From an uncultured delta proteobacterium (lineage in GTDB: Bacteria; Desulfobacterota; BSN033; UBA1163), in the NCBI GenBank assembly GCA_963708295.1, contig CAVPSJ010000020.1, forward strand, positions 1-64,000: 64,000 nt of DNA. Reading direction: 5' to 3'. A program made the translations under genes and the position numbers. This document shows positions 1 through 9,867 of this stretch, piece after piece. Numbering within the stretch: the stretch's first letter is position 1; every line of letters starts with the position of its first letter. The notes beneath the pieces were generated by a model. The model saw only the letters and a program-made list of their open reading frames with translations, was not told where the DNA came from and searched no databases.

Positions 1-806
1 CGCTCTTCCTTTCCGTTTATTCCGATTAACTGTGGAGCGATTCCAAAAGACCTTTTTGAGAGCGAGCTCTTTGGTTATGAAAGGGGCGCCTTTACCGGTG
101 CGCTGGAGAAGGGAAAGATGGGCAAGGTAGAGGCTGCGGAAAAAGGCACACTCTTTCTCGATGAGGTCGGGGAACTCCTCAGGCGGCACAGGTCAAGGTT
201 TTGCGGGTTCTTGACGAAAAGGAATATTTCAAGGTAGGGGGAGTGGAGAAAAAAAAGGCCGACGTGCGCGTCATCGCTGCGACGAACAGAGACTTGGAGT
301 CTGAGGTCAAGAAAGGGAATTTTCGAGACGACCTCTATTTCAGGCTCAATGTGGTGAAATTGCACATTCCTCCCCTGCGAGAACGCAAGGAGGATATTCT
401 CCCTCTTTTCCGGTTCTTCTTAGGCCGATTCAACGAACAATTCAAAAAGAGTTTCGTCCAGATCTCTCAAGAAGCCGAGGAGCGCATCCTTTCCTATCCT
501 TGGCTCGGAAATATCCGTGAACTTCGAAATGCTGTCGAGCGAATTGTTCTCTTGGAAAAGGGGGATACGATTCTTGGTAAACGCCTCTCTTTTCTGACCG
601 GAGGGGAGAGAGCTTCGGAGGAGACGGTTCGGTTCAAACCTTTCATTCCCCCCCAGGGGATCATCTTAGATGAAGTAGAAAGGGAATATATCCTCGAGGC
701 TCTAAGAGTAAAGAAGGGGAATAAGTCTGAAGCGGCCAAAATGCTCGGTATCTCCAGATCCGCCCTCATCTACCGCATTGAAAAATACGGAATAAGTCCT
801 AGATAG
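1..806 (+). CDS. Sigma-54-dependent transcriptional activator (NtrC/Fis family), 5'-truncated by the window edge, frameshift near 180
   Basis: GAFTGA motif (ggcgcctttaccggtgcg, 86-103), [31 protein letters not shown]-terminal Fis HTH ([23 protein letters not shown]). Confidence 0.92.
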
Positions 807-1288
807 GACTTAGTTCCACCATATCCGAACACCAATATCTCAACAATCATGAACGACCAAATCCAGATCTCCCAACATTGTCTCCCCCCCTTTGCTAAAG
901 GGGGGCGAGGGGAATTTATGATTTTGATATTTCGTGCCTGCACACCGAAGTACCGTGTTTCGGCACGCATCCGTGGGTGGCCAAATCGGCCACGGGCAAT
1001 TTGTTTGGAACGTGAGATTTGGCTATCGGGATTTAGCCTGAAATGTCTGTTTTCAAACAGAATAATTGAATTCAGACAGTTTAGAATTTATTCAACCAAT
1101 TCGAAATGTTATCTTCCTGACCTTCCCGCTATTGTCTATTTTCCAACGTATTTACAACTTCTCCCTTATCTCTACAGAAAAGATCGACAGGGATCGCTTG
1201 CTCATTCTCAAAACACAATCCTTTGATATCAAAAGAAAATATTAACGCCATAGCATCTCGGTCAGGAATCTCTTGCTGTGATCGTCCG

Positions 1289-1305
1289 TTGGCATTAAGT
1301 TTGCT
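1289..1305 (+). promoter_or_regulatory. Sigma-54 (-24/-12) promoter
   Basis: TTGGCATTAAGTTTGCT = GG-N10-GC consensus, downstream of a sigma-54 activator gene and just upstream of the ATG at 1322. Confidence 0.8.
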
Positions 1306-1321
1306 CTATACGGTATCGACC

Positions 1322-1706
1322 ATGAACGTCCTGATCATCGAGCAAGAGAAGACGCTTCAACAATCCCTCCACTATTTTATGGAACGGTACAACGATTGCG
1401 GGGTCTTTCTGGCGCGGTTCCGAAGCGAGGGGATGTCCATTTTCGATTCCGTTCCGTTTGACATCGTCCTCTGTGGGGACCGCCTTCCGGACGGCAATGG
1501 GTTGGAGACGCTCAGAAATTGATGAAACAGAATCCAGGGCTCATTTCAATTCTGATGACCGTCCACGGCGACGAGGGATTGAAGGAGGAAGCAAGGCTGG
1601 CAGGCATTCGGGGTTATCTCGAAAAGCCTTTCGACTTGAAGCAGCTGGAGGAGGCAATAAGCTTGGGAAACGATACCCCCACGACAAAAACCATGAAAGG
1701 AGGTGA
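1322..1706 (+). CDS. Stand-alone atypical receiver-domain protein (frameshifted; end approximate)
   Basis: MNVLIIEQE..FDIVLCGDRLPDGNGLETL joins, across a frameshift near 1518, ILMTVHG..GYLEKPFDLKQL (CheY-like fold). Confidence 0.65.
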
Positions 1707-1713
1707 GAAAGAT

Positions 1714-2171
1714 ATGAAAAAGAGGATGTTTGTTTGGATGTTGTCGGTGGTGTTTGTCTTTTCGATGCTCAGCCTGGCATTGGCTCAGGAGACAAAAGCC
1801 CGCCGGACCTCCACCCGTCGTTAAAGAGATGGTGGCAAAGGCGAAGGCGGCGATCAAGGTCGTCTCGGCAGCAGACGTGAAGGCAGCGATTGACAAGAAG
1901 GAAAAGGCCGTTTTCCTCGATGTCAGGGATGCCAGGGGAGTACTCAGCAGGCCACCTTCCCGGAGCGATCAATGTCTCCAGGGGAACGTTGGAGTTCAAC
2001 ATCTGGGGTAAGATTCCGGATCAGAACGCCAAGATCTACGTCTACTGCAAGACGGCAGGACGTTCGACCTTGGCCACCAAGACCCTCAACGATCTGGGCT
2101 ACAAGAATGCGGTATTGATGGATGCCCAGTTCGAGGACTGGATCAAGGAAGGCTATCCGGTGGAGAGATAA
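1714..2171 (+). CDS. Exported single-domain rhodanese (Sud-like polysulfide sulfurtransferase), two indels
   Basis: SD AAGGAGGTG, signal peptide MKKRMFVWMLSVVFVFSMLSLALA, FLDVRD..EYSAGHLPGAINV, active loop YCKTAGRS, C-terminal WIKEGYPVE; pieces lie in three frames (shifts near 1797 and 1935). Confidence 0.85.
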
Positions 2172-2179
2172 TTCGGTGG

Positions 2180-2220
2180 AAAGATGGGCATTCGAAAGAT
2201 CTTTCGGATGCCCATCTTTT
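2180..2220 (+). terminator. Stem-loop between rhodanese and psrA (terminator or mRNA stabiliser)
   Basis: aaagatgggcat..atgcccatcttt inverted repeat followed by a T-run. Confidence 0.6.
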
Positions 2221-2279
2221 ACGTGTTTGGCACTGATCAATGATATCCACTTAAAGAAAGTAGTGGAAGCATAAGAGCA

Positions 2280-4494
2280 ATGAGTCTTAATGATTTTAAG
2301 CTAACGAGACGGGGATTTCTTAAAGCAACTGGAGCGACCGTGGGGGCCCTTTCCTTGAGCCATGAGCTTCTCGACTTTAAGCGGTGGGCCCATGCGAGCA
2401 CAGAGGCTCCTGTCACCCGAATCCCGACGTTTTGCAACGGATGCGGGAATCGTTGTGGCATATTTGCATCCGTCAAGAATGGAAGGCTCTGGAAGATTGA
2501 AGGCAATCCTGAGGCCAACGGCAACCTGGGAGTGGTCTGCCCGAAAGGCCATGGCTATCTTCATGACTTATACAATCCCCATCGACTGAAGGGTCCGCTC
2601 AAGAGGGTAGGGGATCGATTTGAACCCATCCCCTGGGAGCAGGCCTACAAGGAGATTGCCCAGAAGATCAATCTGATTTTGATGGATTCCGGTCCCCAGG
2701 GCATCTTCTGGGTCAACTATCCCCAGTCGAATAACGCTTATGCGCTGAGGTTGATGCATACCCTGGGAAGTCCTCACTACTTCACCCACGGGTCGACCTG
2801 TTATACGGCGAGGAACGCAGGCTGGGTGACGACGGTCGGCGAGCTTCCTTCGAACGACCTTTCCAATGCCCGGTACATCATGATCATCGGCCGGAACCCG
2901 GCAGGGGGGATCGATCTGGCCGAGGTGAAGAAGATGGTGGAGGCCAGGGAGAAGGGAGCCAAAATCGTGGTGGTCGATCCGAGGCATAGCGAGACGGCCA
3001 TTCTGGCGGATGAATGGCTTCCGATTAAACCCGGGACGGATCTAGCGTTCCTGCTGGGGATGATCAACGTGATGGTCAAGGAAGGGCTTTACGATAAGAA
3101 ATTTGTCGGGCAGAAGACGGTTGGGTTTGAGCAATTGGAGGACGAGATCGTCAACTATCCTCCGGAGTGGGCAGAGAAGGTCTGCGAGATACCGGCAAAG
3201 ACGATCATCCGAATCGCCCGGGAGATGGCGAGCGAAAAGCCCAGAGCCCTCCTTCATCGGGGCTACCATGCTGCGTTTGGTTCCCAATATCTCAACAGCT
3301 TTCAGACCGTCAGGGCACTGGCGATTGCGAACAGTCTCTTGGGGAACATCAATCGAAAAGGAGGGATCTACTTTCCTAAGACAGCCCAGTTGGGAGAGCT
3401 CCAGCCCAGGCACCCGGCCCCGGAGCTTCCCAAAATAGGAAAGTCGGATGGAACGGGAGTGCCTGGAAGGTATCCCCTGGGAAGTTACGGAGATGGGATC
3501 GCGCATGCCATTCCCGAGCTGGCCCTTCGCGGAGAGCTGAAGGCGGGAATCGTCTATCATAACAATCCGCTTCGGACCAATCCGAATCCGAAGCGGGTGA
3601 TTGCCGGCTACAAGAAACTCGAACTTCTGGTGGTCATCGACACGGTTCTTTCTGAAACGGCATCCATCGCTCACTATATCCTTCCTGAATCCTTCTATCT
3701 CGAACGCGATGAAGCGGTGGATACGAAACATGCCGGGAAGAGGGCTCAGGTGAGCATCCAGCAGCAGGTGGTCAAGCCGGTGTTTGATACCCGGCCGGGA
3801 ACTCAGATCATTATTGAGCTGGCCAGGCATCTTGGGGCGGGAAGATACTTTGACTTCACCATCGATGAGGCTAATCGTCTGAGACTTCATCCCTTTGGTG
3901 TTACGCTGGAAGACACTGAAGAAGAAAGGTCTTCTCTCTGTGGGGGAGGAATGGAAAGAGGGGTTTGACAAATTGCAGACCCCTTCGGGAAAGGTGGAGA
4001 TCTCCTCAAAGACCCTGGAGGGCCTTGGTTTTCCCGCCATCCCGCGATGGGAGGAACCCCTGGTTTCTCCCGATCCCAAGGATCCTCATTCTTTCCGGTT
4101 GCTCCATGGGAAGCAAGCGATTCATACCCATGCGATGACGGCCAATCAACCCTACCTGATGGCGATCAGCCATCGCTATGATATGACCCGGTTATGGATG
4201 AACAAGGAAAGAGGGAGACAGCTCGGTCTGAAGGATGGGGATTGGGTGCAGGTCAAATCGATGGTCGGGGAGGGGAGGATTCGAGTCCGGCTGACGGAAG
4301 GGCTTCATCCGTCCTGTGTATGGCTTCCGAGTGGTTACGGGATCTTTTCAAAACATTTGGAAACGGCCTACGACGTCGGGTTGTCCTACAATGATTTTCT
4401 TCCGACCTACTTCGACCCGACCGTGGGACATGCGATGTCCTCGGAAGTGATTGTTCAGGTGAAAAAAGCAGAGAGCATAGCGCATAGAGCATAG
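2280..4494 (+). CDS. psrA: Tat-exported molybdopterin oxidoreductase catalytic subunit, PsrA/PhsA/SrrA clade (frameshift near 3915)
   Basis: Tat motif TRRGFLK, FS0 motif CNGCGNRC..C, probable Mo-ligand Cys in THGSTCY, dinucleotide-binding C-terminus in ORF 3895..4494. Confidence 0.85.
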
Positions 4495-4562
4495 CGCATA
4501 GCAGCAAATGAAATCCGAAGTAAGGCTTCAAATCCGAAATCTGAAATCTGCAATTTGAAATT
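4468..4562 (+). repeat. Short heptamer tandem repeats (GCATAGA/C and AAATCYG types)
   Basis: gcatagcgcatagagcatagcgcatagc and aaatccgaaatctgaaatctgcaatttgaaa between psrA and psrB. Confidence 0.7.
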
Positions 4563-4568
4563 GGGTGA

Positions 4569-5111
4569 GTGATGGCTCGATACGGAATGGTGATTGATGA
4601 GTCGAAATGTGTGGGATGTCATGCCTGCCGGGTGGCCTGTCAGAACCAGAACCAGCTATTGGATAAGGAGGCCTACAATCACCTCGAAGAGCGGGAATAT
4701 GGGACGTTTCCGAATTATGCCCGTGAGTTCTTACCCGTTCAATGCCAGCATTGTGATAACCCTCCCTGTGTGAAGGTGTGCCCGACCGGGGCTTCCCACA
4801 AGCGGAAGGACGGGGTGGTCCTGGTGGACAAGGATAAATGCATCGGGTGTAAATATTGCATTGCCGCCTGTCCGTATAATGTCAGGATCATCAAGAAAGA
4901 GGGCTATATCGAAAAATGCCGGTTCTGCATCGAGCTGGTTGAACAAGGCGGGAAGCCCGCCTGTGTGACGACCTGCATGACCGGGGTGAGGATGTTTGGC
5001 GACCTCGACGATCCCAATAGCGAAATTTCCCGGTTCATCATAAAAAACAAATTGAGGCACTTTAAGGCCGAATTGAATACCAAGCCAAGGGTCTATTACA
5101 GGAAGGCATGA
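4569..5111 (+). CDS. psrB: 4x[4Fe-4S] electron-transfer subunit (PsrB/NrfC family)
   Basis: CVGCHACRVAC, CQHCDNPPCVKVCP, CIGCKYCIAACP, KCRFC..PACVTTC. Confidence 0.92.
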   Translation: MMARYGMVIDESKCVGCHACRVACQNQNQLLDKEAYNHLEEREYGTFPNYAREFLPVQCQHCDNPPCVKVCPTGASHKRKDGVVLVDKDKCIGCKYCIAACPYNVRIIKKEGYIEKCRFCIELVEQGGKPACVTTCMTGVRMFGDLDDPNSEISRFIIKNKLRHFKAELNTKPRVYYRKA

Positions 5112-5112
5112 G

Positions 5113-5749
5113 ATGACGGGTCAGGAGAAGGAGACGATCTGCCAGCTATTGGCTTCTCTTTTCTGTCCCCCCGATCAAGAGATGATGAGGCAGATCCATG
5201 GGGAGGCTTTCCGTTCTTTTCTAGAGAGATGCGTTGAGGGATTCGGGTCTTTTGAAAGGATTTCTTACGGAAGGTGATCCTGGGACTCTTTTAAAAGATC
5301 TCGGAGAGGAATATAGCCGCCTCTTTTCAGAATTAAACGAAGAAAGCATATCCCTGGTCGAATCTTTTTACAAACCCTGGACGCTGGATCCCCACTGCAC
5401 TCTCCCTTTTGCGTCGCAGAGAGGCTTCTTGATGGGGGATTCCGCCCTTCATCTCCTGGAGATCTATCGTCAATGCGGCTTGGAAGCAGCGGATGAATGG
5501 AAAGGGGCTCCGGATCACCTGGTATTGGAGCTTGAATTCTTATCCACCCTTTATCGACGCGCCACCGATCGTGAGGTGGAACAATTTATTAAAGACCATC
5601 TGGACTGGATTCCTCTTTTGAAAGAAGAAATGGATCGATCTGGTCCTCATCCTTTTTACAGAAGCGCTCTGGAAGTGCTTGACCTCTTTCTTGGTCAGGA
5701 GAGAAAAAGACTGGAGGAAAAAGGGAATGGAGAGACGGCAATTCATTGA
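5113..5749 (+). CDS. TorD/DmsD-family maturation chaperone (frameshift near 5235)
   Basis: N-terminus MTGQEKETICQLLASLFCPPD, then ESFY and PDHLVLELEFL motifs, FIKDHLDWIP. Confidence 0.85.
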
Positions 5750-5990
5750 GAAACTTTTTTCCCTCTTGGGGATGGCAGGGCTTCTTGTCCTGGCAGGCTG
5801 TGGAAGAGGGGAGAAGCCCCTAAGATTTGGAAATCAAGAAAAACTCTGGCAATTGGCCGAGGGGCGTGGACAATCGGAAGAGCCCGTTGACCTCTCTTAT
5901 TCAAAAAATACTCCAGCCCTGTATCGGGACGCGTCGATGGGAAAAGCGGACCCCTCGTTCGTGCCCAAAGTGGCCGGAGGCTGAAGCTGA
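5727..5990 (+). CDS. Small Tat lipoprotein, probable selenoprotein ending ...PKVAGG-U-S (87 aa)
   Basis: MERRQF twin-arginine motif, lipobox LAGC; GGA GGC TGA(5982-84) AGC TGA(5988-90); SECIS-like hairpin at 5995-6013. Confidence 0.72.
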
Positions 5991-5994
5991 GAGG

Positions 5995-6013
5995 GATTCG
6001 TCGGAGACGAATC
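5995..6013 (+). promoter_or_regulatory. Candidate bacterial SECIS element
   Basis: Perfect 8-bp stem GATTCGTC/GACGAATC with a G-initiated GGA loop; the stem starts 10 nt and the loop 18 nt after UGA 5982-84. Confidence 0.68.
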
Positions 6014-6040
6014 ATCAAAGAAATGGATGGAGAATAAGCT

Positions 6041-7027
6041 ATGGAAGGGCAGATACACGTTCACTGGAATTGGATTGTGGCCATCGACCTCTTTGCTGCC
6101 GGGTTGAGCGCCGGGGCCTTTATCATTTCAGCCACTGCCTATTTTCTAGGAAGGGAAAAGTACGAGACCATCACCAGAATCGGAGCCTATATCGCCCCCT
6201 TCCCGGTGATCGTCGGAATCCTTGCCCTCATTTACGATCTTGAGAGGCCCCATCTTTTTTGGAGATTATTTCTTACTTTTCAACCCAATTCAGTCATGTC
6301 TCTCGGATCCTGGCTCCTTTTATTTTTCTCCATTTTTAGTATGACACACTTCTATCTCTGGCTTCCGGAGCAGTTCGACTATTTGAGAATTATCCCGGCC
6401 TTGCGGTCCAGCAAGCTTTTGAGCCGCTTTCGAGGAGATAACTTGACGAAAATAAGAGGATTGGTGGCTGGATTCGGAATTCCTATTTCCATCGGGGTGG
6501 GAATCTATACGGGCGTTCTTTTGGGAGCGCTGACAGCAAGACCCTTCTGGAATAACCCCATGCTTCCGATGCTATTTCTGATCTCTGCTATGATGACAGG
6601 GTCCGCTTCGATCTGCTTTGTGGGTTGTTTCATTAAGGGATTTCAGGGAATGACCCGGGAACAGGTCAATACGAACAAGTTCATGATCCATTCCATTGAC
6701 TTCACGCTGATGGTCTTTTCTATTATTGCGATTTTCCTATTCATCTTGGGGCTTTATGTTTCGCCGAGAAGTTCAGCCGAGGCTGTCCACCTGATCATGG
6801 GGGGTGAATTCACCCTTCTTTTCTGGACCGTTGTGGTCGGCGTAGGTGTCCTCCTTCCTTTGGCTCTCGAGGTCTATGAGTTGATTCCCCACTACATCTG
6901 GCACATGGAATTGAGAGAGCATAATCCCTGGCTCTCTGGAATCATAACCACTTCTGTCCTCATCGGAGGGTTCGTGATGCGATATATCATGATTTATGCA
7001 GGACAGATGGCCCAAGTCATCTCCTAG
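6041..7027 (+). CDS. psrC: NrfD/PsrC membrane quinol-oxidising subunit
   Basis: W..AIDLFAAGLSAGA, DLERP..FW, SVMSLGSW, YTGVLLG..RPFWN, multiple TM helices. Confidence 0.92.
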   Translation: MEGQIHVHWNWIVAIDLFAAGLSAGAFIISATAYFLGREKYETITRIGAYIAPFPVIVGILALIYDLERPHLFWRLFLTFQPNSVMSLGSWLLLFFSIFSMTHFYLWLPEQFDYLRIIPALRSSKLLSRFRGDNLTKIRGLVAGFGIPISIGVGIYTGVLLGALTARPFWNNPMLPMLFLISAMMTGSASICFVGCFIKGFQGMTREQVNTNKFMIHSIDFTLMVFSIIAIFLFILGLYVSPRSSAEAVHLIMGGEFTLLFWTVVVGVGVLLPLALEVYELIPHYIWHMELREHNPWLSGIITTSVLIGGFVMRYIMIYAGQMAQVIS

Positions 7028-7176
7028 TTCTGCCATCTCTTTCTTTTCCCCGCCGATTACGGGCAATTCATATCAACCACATATCTTTAGTTTGTGTAAA
7101 GTGCAGATATTGGCAAGATATTGTTCCCTCGAACAGTTTCGGAAAACGGTTATTTTTAGTGAACAGAAAGGAAACT

Positions 7177-7207
7177 GGATCTGAACGGGCGACCTTCGGG
7201 TTATGAG
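7177..7207 (-). mobile_element. Degenerate 3' half of tRNA-fMet (attachment-site remnant)
   Basis: Minus strand reads CTCATAACCCGAAGGTCGCCCGTTCAGATCC, matching the initiator tRNA from the CAT anticodon loop to the T-arm; no 5' half or acceptor stem. Confidence 0.7.
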
Positions 7208-7559
7208 AACGATCTAACCGTTTTTGATAAGCCTTTGATTTGGTTCTGGTTTCCCGTAACCAGTTAGAAATACTGAAGTAAAAGCCTTTCCATCTATTCC
7301 AGTCTATTCTATCTATTTCCTTCTTTTTGAGTTAATTCTGTCACAAATCCGTCACAGTTGTTTTACAGCACCGTATTGGAGTCCGCTTTCTGCCTCAGCT
7401 TAGTTCCACAAGTTTAACTCTGAATGTGGTACAATGATTGTGGGCTGGTCACCCAGCCACAGACGCAAGGTGCAACCCAGCCCAGAGCATGTGTGACGCA
7501 GGGCACGCCCTGACGTAAAGTGATGCAAATGTGATAACAAACATTAATAGGAGGTTATC

Positions 7560-8060
7560 ATGACCGGTTCTCGATTCAGGGCACCCGTGGAGAGACGGTA
7601 CTTCGAGGACTACGAGGAGGGCTCTGTACATGAATTCGGCAGCATCGCTGTCGAGGAGGAGGAGATCATAAACTTTGCCAAGCGATATGACCCACAGGTA
7701 TTCCACACGGATCCGGTTGAGGCGACGAAGACCGTATTCGGGGGCCTTGTCGCCAGTGGCTGGCACACGGCTGCCTTAGCCATGCGCCTAATTGTGGACC
7801 ACTATCTCTCTCACGTGGCAAGTCTGGGATCACCGGGCGTCGACGATCTACGGTGGCTCAAGCCAGTGCGTCCCGGAAGCAGGTTATCCCTAAGGGTGAC
7901 CATCGTGGAGACCCGTCGATCGCGTAAAAAACCGGACCGCGGGATCGTCCGCTCGTTTGTAGAGACGATGAACCAGGATCACGAGGTAGTGATGAGTTGG
8001 AAGGGCACGAACATGCTTCAATGCCGCGATGCCTCGATGGGTCACGCCGTGAGTTTTTGA
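7560..8060 (+). CDS. MaoC-family dehydratase
   Basis: RYFEDY, FAKRYDPQVFHTD, GGLVASGWHT, LRWLKPVRPG; SD GGAGG. Confidence 0.9.
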   Translation: MTGSRFRAPVERRYFEDYEEGSVHEFGSIAVEEEEIINFAKRYDPQVFHTDPVEATKTVFGGLVASGWHTAALAMRLIVDHYLSHVASLGSPGVDDLRWLKPVRPGSRLSLRVTIVETRRSRKKPDRGIVRSFVETMNQDHEVVMSWKGTNMLQCRDASMGHAVSF

Positions 8061-8456
8061 TGGCTCCTCAAATCTTTGCTTCACCAATTTTCAAACCACG
8101 TATACTAAAATGACAAATCAGTGATCCTGGGCTTCAAGCATCACCTGGGGCAAAGATTAGTGATATCCTCAGGCGATCTCTTTGCAAGGTGAGGATAGCT
8201 GCTATGAACGCTGCTTTTCTAAACCTCTGAAAAGTTATCATTTGAAGATCATACCTTCCACTTTCTCAACTCGATAGCCGGAGAGGGTTCTGGCAAGCTA
8301 TTTTAGCGTCTTGAATGTATCTCGGTGCTTCGAACAATATAATGTATGTTCCTTCCTTTTCTTGAACGCCTGCTTAGAATTATTTAGAGCATACAGCAAA
8401 CGTTGCAAACATTTCGATATTTTTGGTATATTGGGTTTTAGAGGAAAGGAGGAAGT

Positions 8457-8927
8457 ATGGGAGAAATCGTTCACACGTCAAGAATCAAAATTGTAAGAGA
8501 AAAGGGTCCTACAAGAAGAGCAATGATTGAGGGGTTTAATGAGCCCGTCTATTATGGCGTTCATGGAGGAATCAAGAGATTCTATAAAGTCGAACCGGAG
8601 AAAGAGCATGCCGCTACCCTAGATCATATTGTGGCAGCCACAGCAGGCTGAATGATGGGAACATTGGCCAGGTTCCTGGCTGAAAAAAAGATTCCCACCC
8701 CGGAAGAACTTTATTGGGCAGATGTAGAAGGAGATATTGAGAATGTAAACAATGTTTTGAAAATCACCCAGATCCGTGTCAAATATCATCTCAAAGTGCC
8801 GCGAGGAAAGGCCGAAGAAGTCAAAGAGGCTTTTTCATCTTACCTTACTTCCTGCCCTGCGGCACAGAGCGTCATTGGCTGCATCAACATCAAAGATGAT
8901 ATAGCGATTGAAGAGACAACGAACTGA
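8457..8927 (+). CDS. OsmC-family protein with in-frame Sec (AATAG-U-MMGTL), 156 aa
   Basis: ORFs 8457..8651 and 8652..8927 are in frame and separated by one TGA at the first OsmC catalytic Cys position; resolving Cys in SCPAAQS; hairpin TTGGCCAG-GTTC-CTGGCTGA at 8664-8683. Confidence 0.85.
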
Positions 8928-9052
8928 TTCCAAACATTCTCCGGCGCGAACGAGGAGCAATTGTTACTAAGTCTTTGCACCCTCCCAACCGCAAATGAGC
9001 AGTGGCGATAAACTTAATCCCTAACGAAAAACAAGAAACGAAGGAGATTCCT

Positions 9053-9746
9053 ATGGATTATGAAGGATTCCTAAACCTTGTAAAAACAAGACGAAGTAGT
9101 CGCAGCTTTAAAGCCGATCCCATCCCCGACGAATATGTGGAAAGAAGTCATAGAGGCTGCTCGCTGGTCTCCCTCGGGGGCTAATTCTCAGCCCTGGGAG
9201 TTTATCGTCGTCAAGGATAAACAAATGAAGGACAGGATTGTTAATATTGTGAATGAGCATAGTGAATACAGCCGTAAAGTGGAGCTTACCAGAGAAGAGG
9301 ATTTGAGGTTTCCTGGCGTATCAGGTCCTGTGCGAGAACCAGGTTATAAAAATGCCCCCGTGTTCATCATCCTATGTGGGGACCCCAGAACTAAGGAAGC
9401 TTATCCTCTGTTAACCCTGTTAACCCGTGGCGATTCTCATTTTACTTCTGGCCTTGCTAGCGCTTTCCTTTATATGACCCTTGCCGCTACCACGCTTGGG
9501 CTGGGTTCCCAATGGGTGAGCGCAACAGGGAACCCTTTTGTAAAAAGCCTTTTGAAGTCACTTTTAGAAATACCACAAGGATTGGAAATCTATGATATGC
9601 TGGTTTTAGGTTATCCTGCCTCTCAACCCAAGCCACGGTTCGTTAGGGAGCGGGTTGAGATGGTTCATCATGGCCGATATGATAAGGCCAAATACCGTAG
9701 TGACGAAGAAATCAGGAACTTCATCGTAGGACTTCGCAAAGGGTGA
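9053..9746 (+). CDS. Nitroreductase family protein (frameshift near 9140)
   Basis: KTRRSSRSFKADPIP, EAARWSPSGANSQPWEF, LAATTLGLGSQW; SD AAGGAG. Confidence 0.88.
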
Positions 9747-9825
9747 AGTTCTGCTATCGATGGGTCCTTTTTAGAAGCTCGAAAGTTTACGGTTTGAACA
9801 TCATATTGTCCCATTTCTCTCCGAG

Positions 9826-9860
9826 AAAAGGGGTGAGGTTTTGGAGTCCTCACCCCTTTC
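9826..9860. terminator. Bidirectional terminator between convergent nitroreductase and integrase genes
   Basis: aaaggggtgagg..cctcaccccttt inverted repeat. Confidence 0.65.
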
Positions 9861-9867
9861 CAATTCC

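Noticed and set aside
1519-1824. Apparent receiver domain / rhodanese signal peptide fusion
   Set aside because: A strong SD precedes the ATG at 1714, and a TGA overlapping that SD (1704-06) would end the receiver after one indel.
4468-4562. Short tandem repeats (also near 25310 and 26575-26630) as a CRISPR array
   Set aside because: Seven-nt units without unique spacers and no cas genes; I saw no CRISPR array in the window.
5988-5990. Second TGA as a second Sec
   Set aside because: It is only 4 nt from the hairpin stem, too close for SECIS function, and read-through would run out of frame over psrC; treated as the stop.
7177-7207. Functional tRNA gene
   Set aside because: Only the anticodon loop to T-arm segment is present and the T-stem is mismatched; called as an att scar instead.
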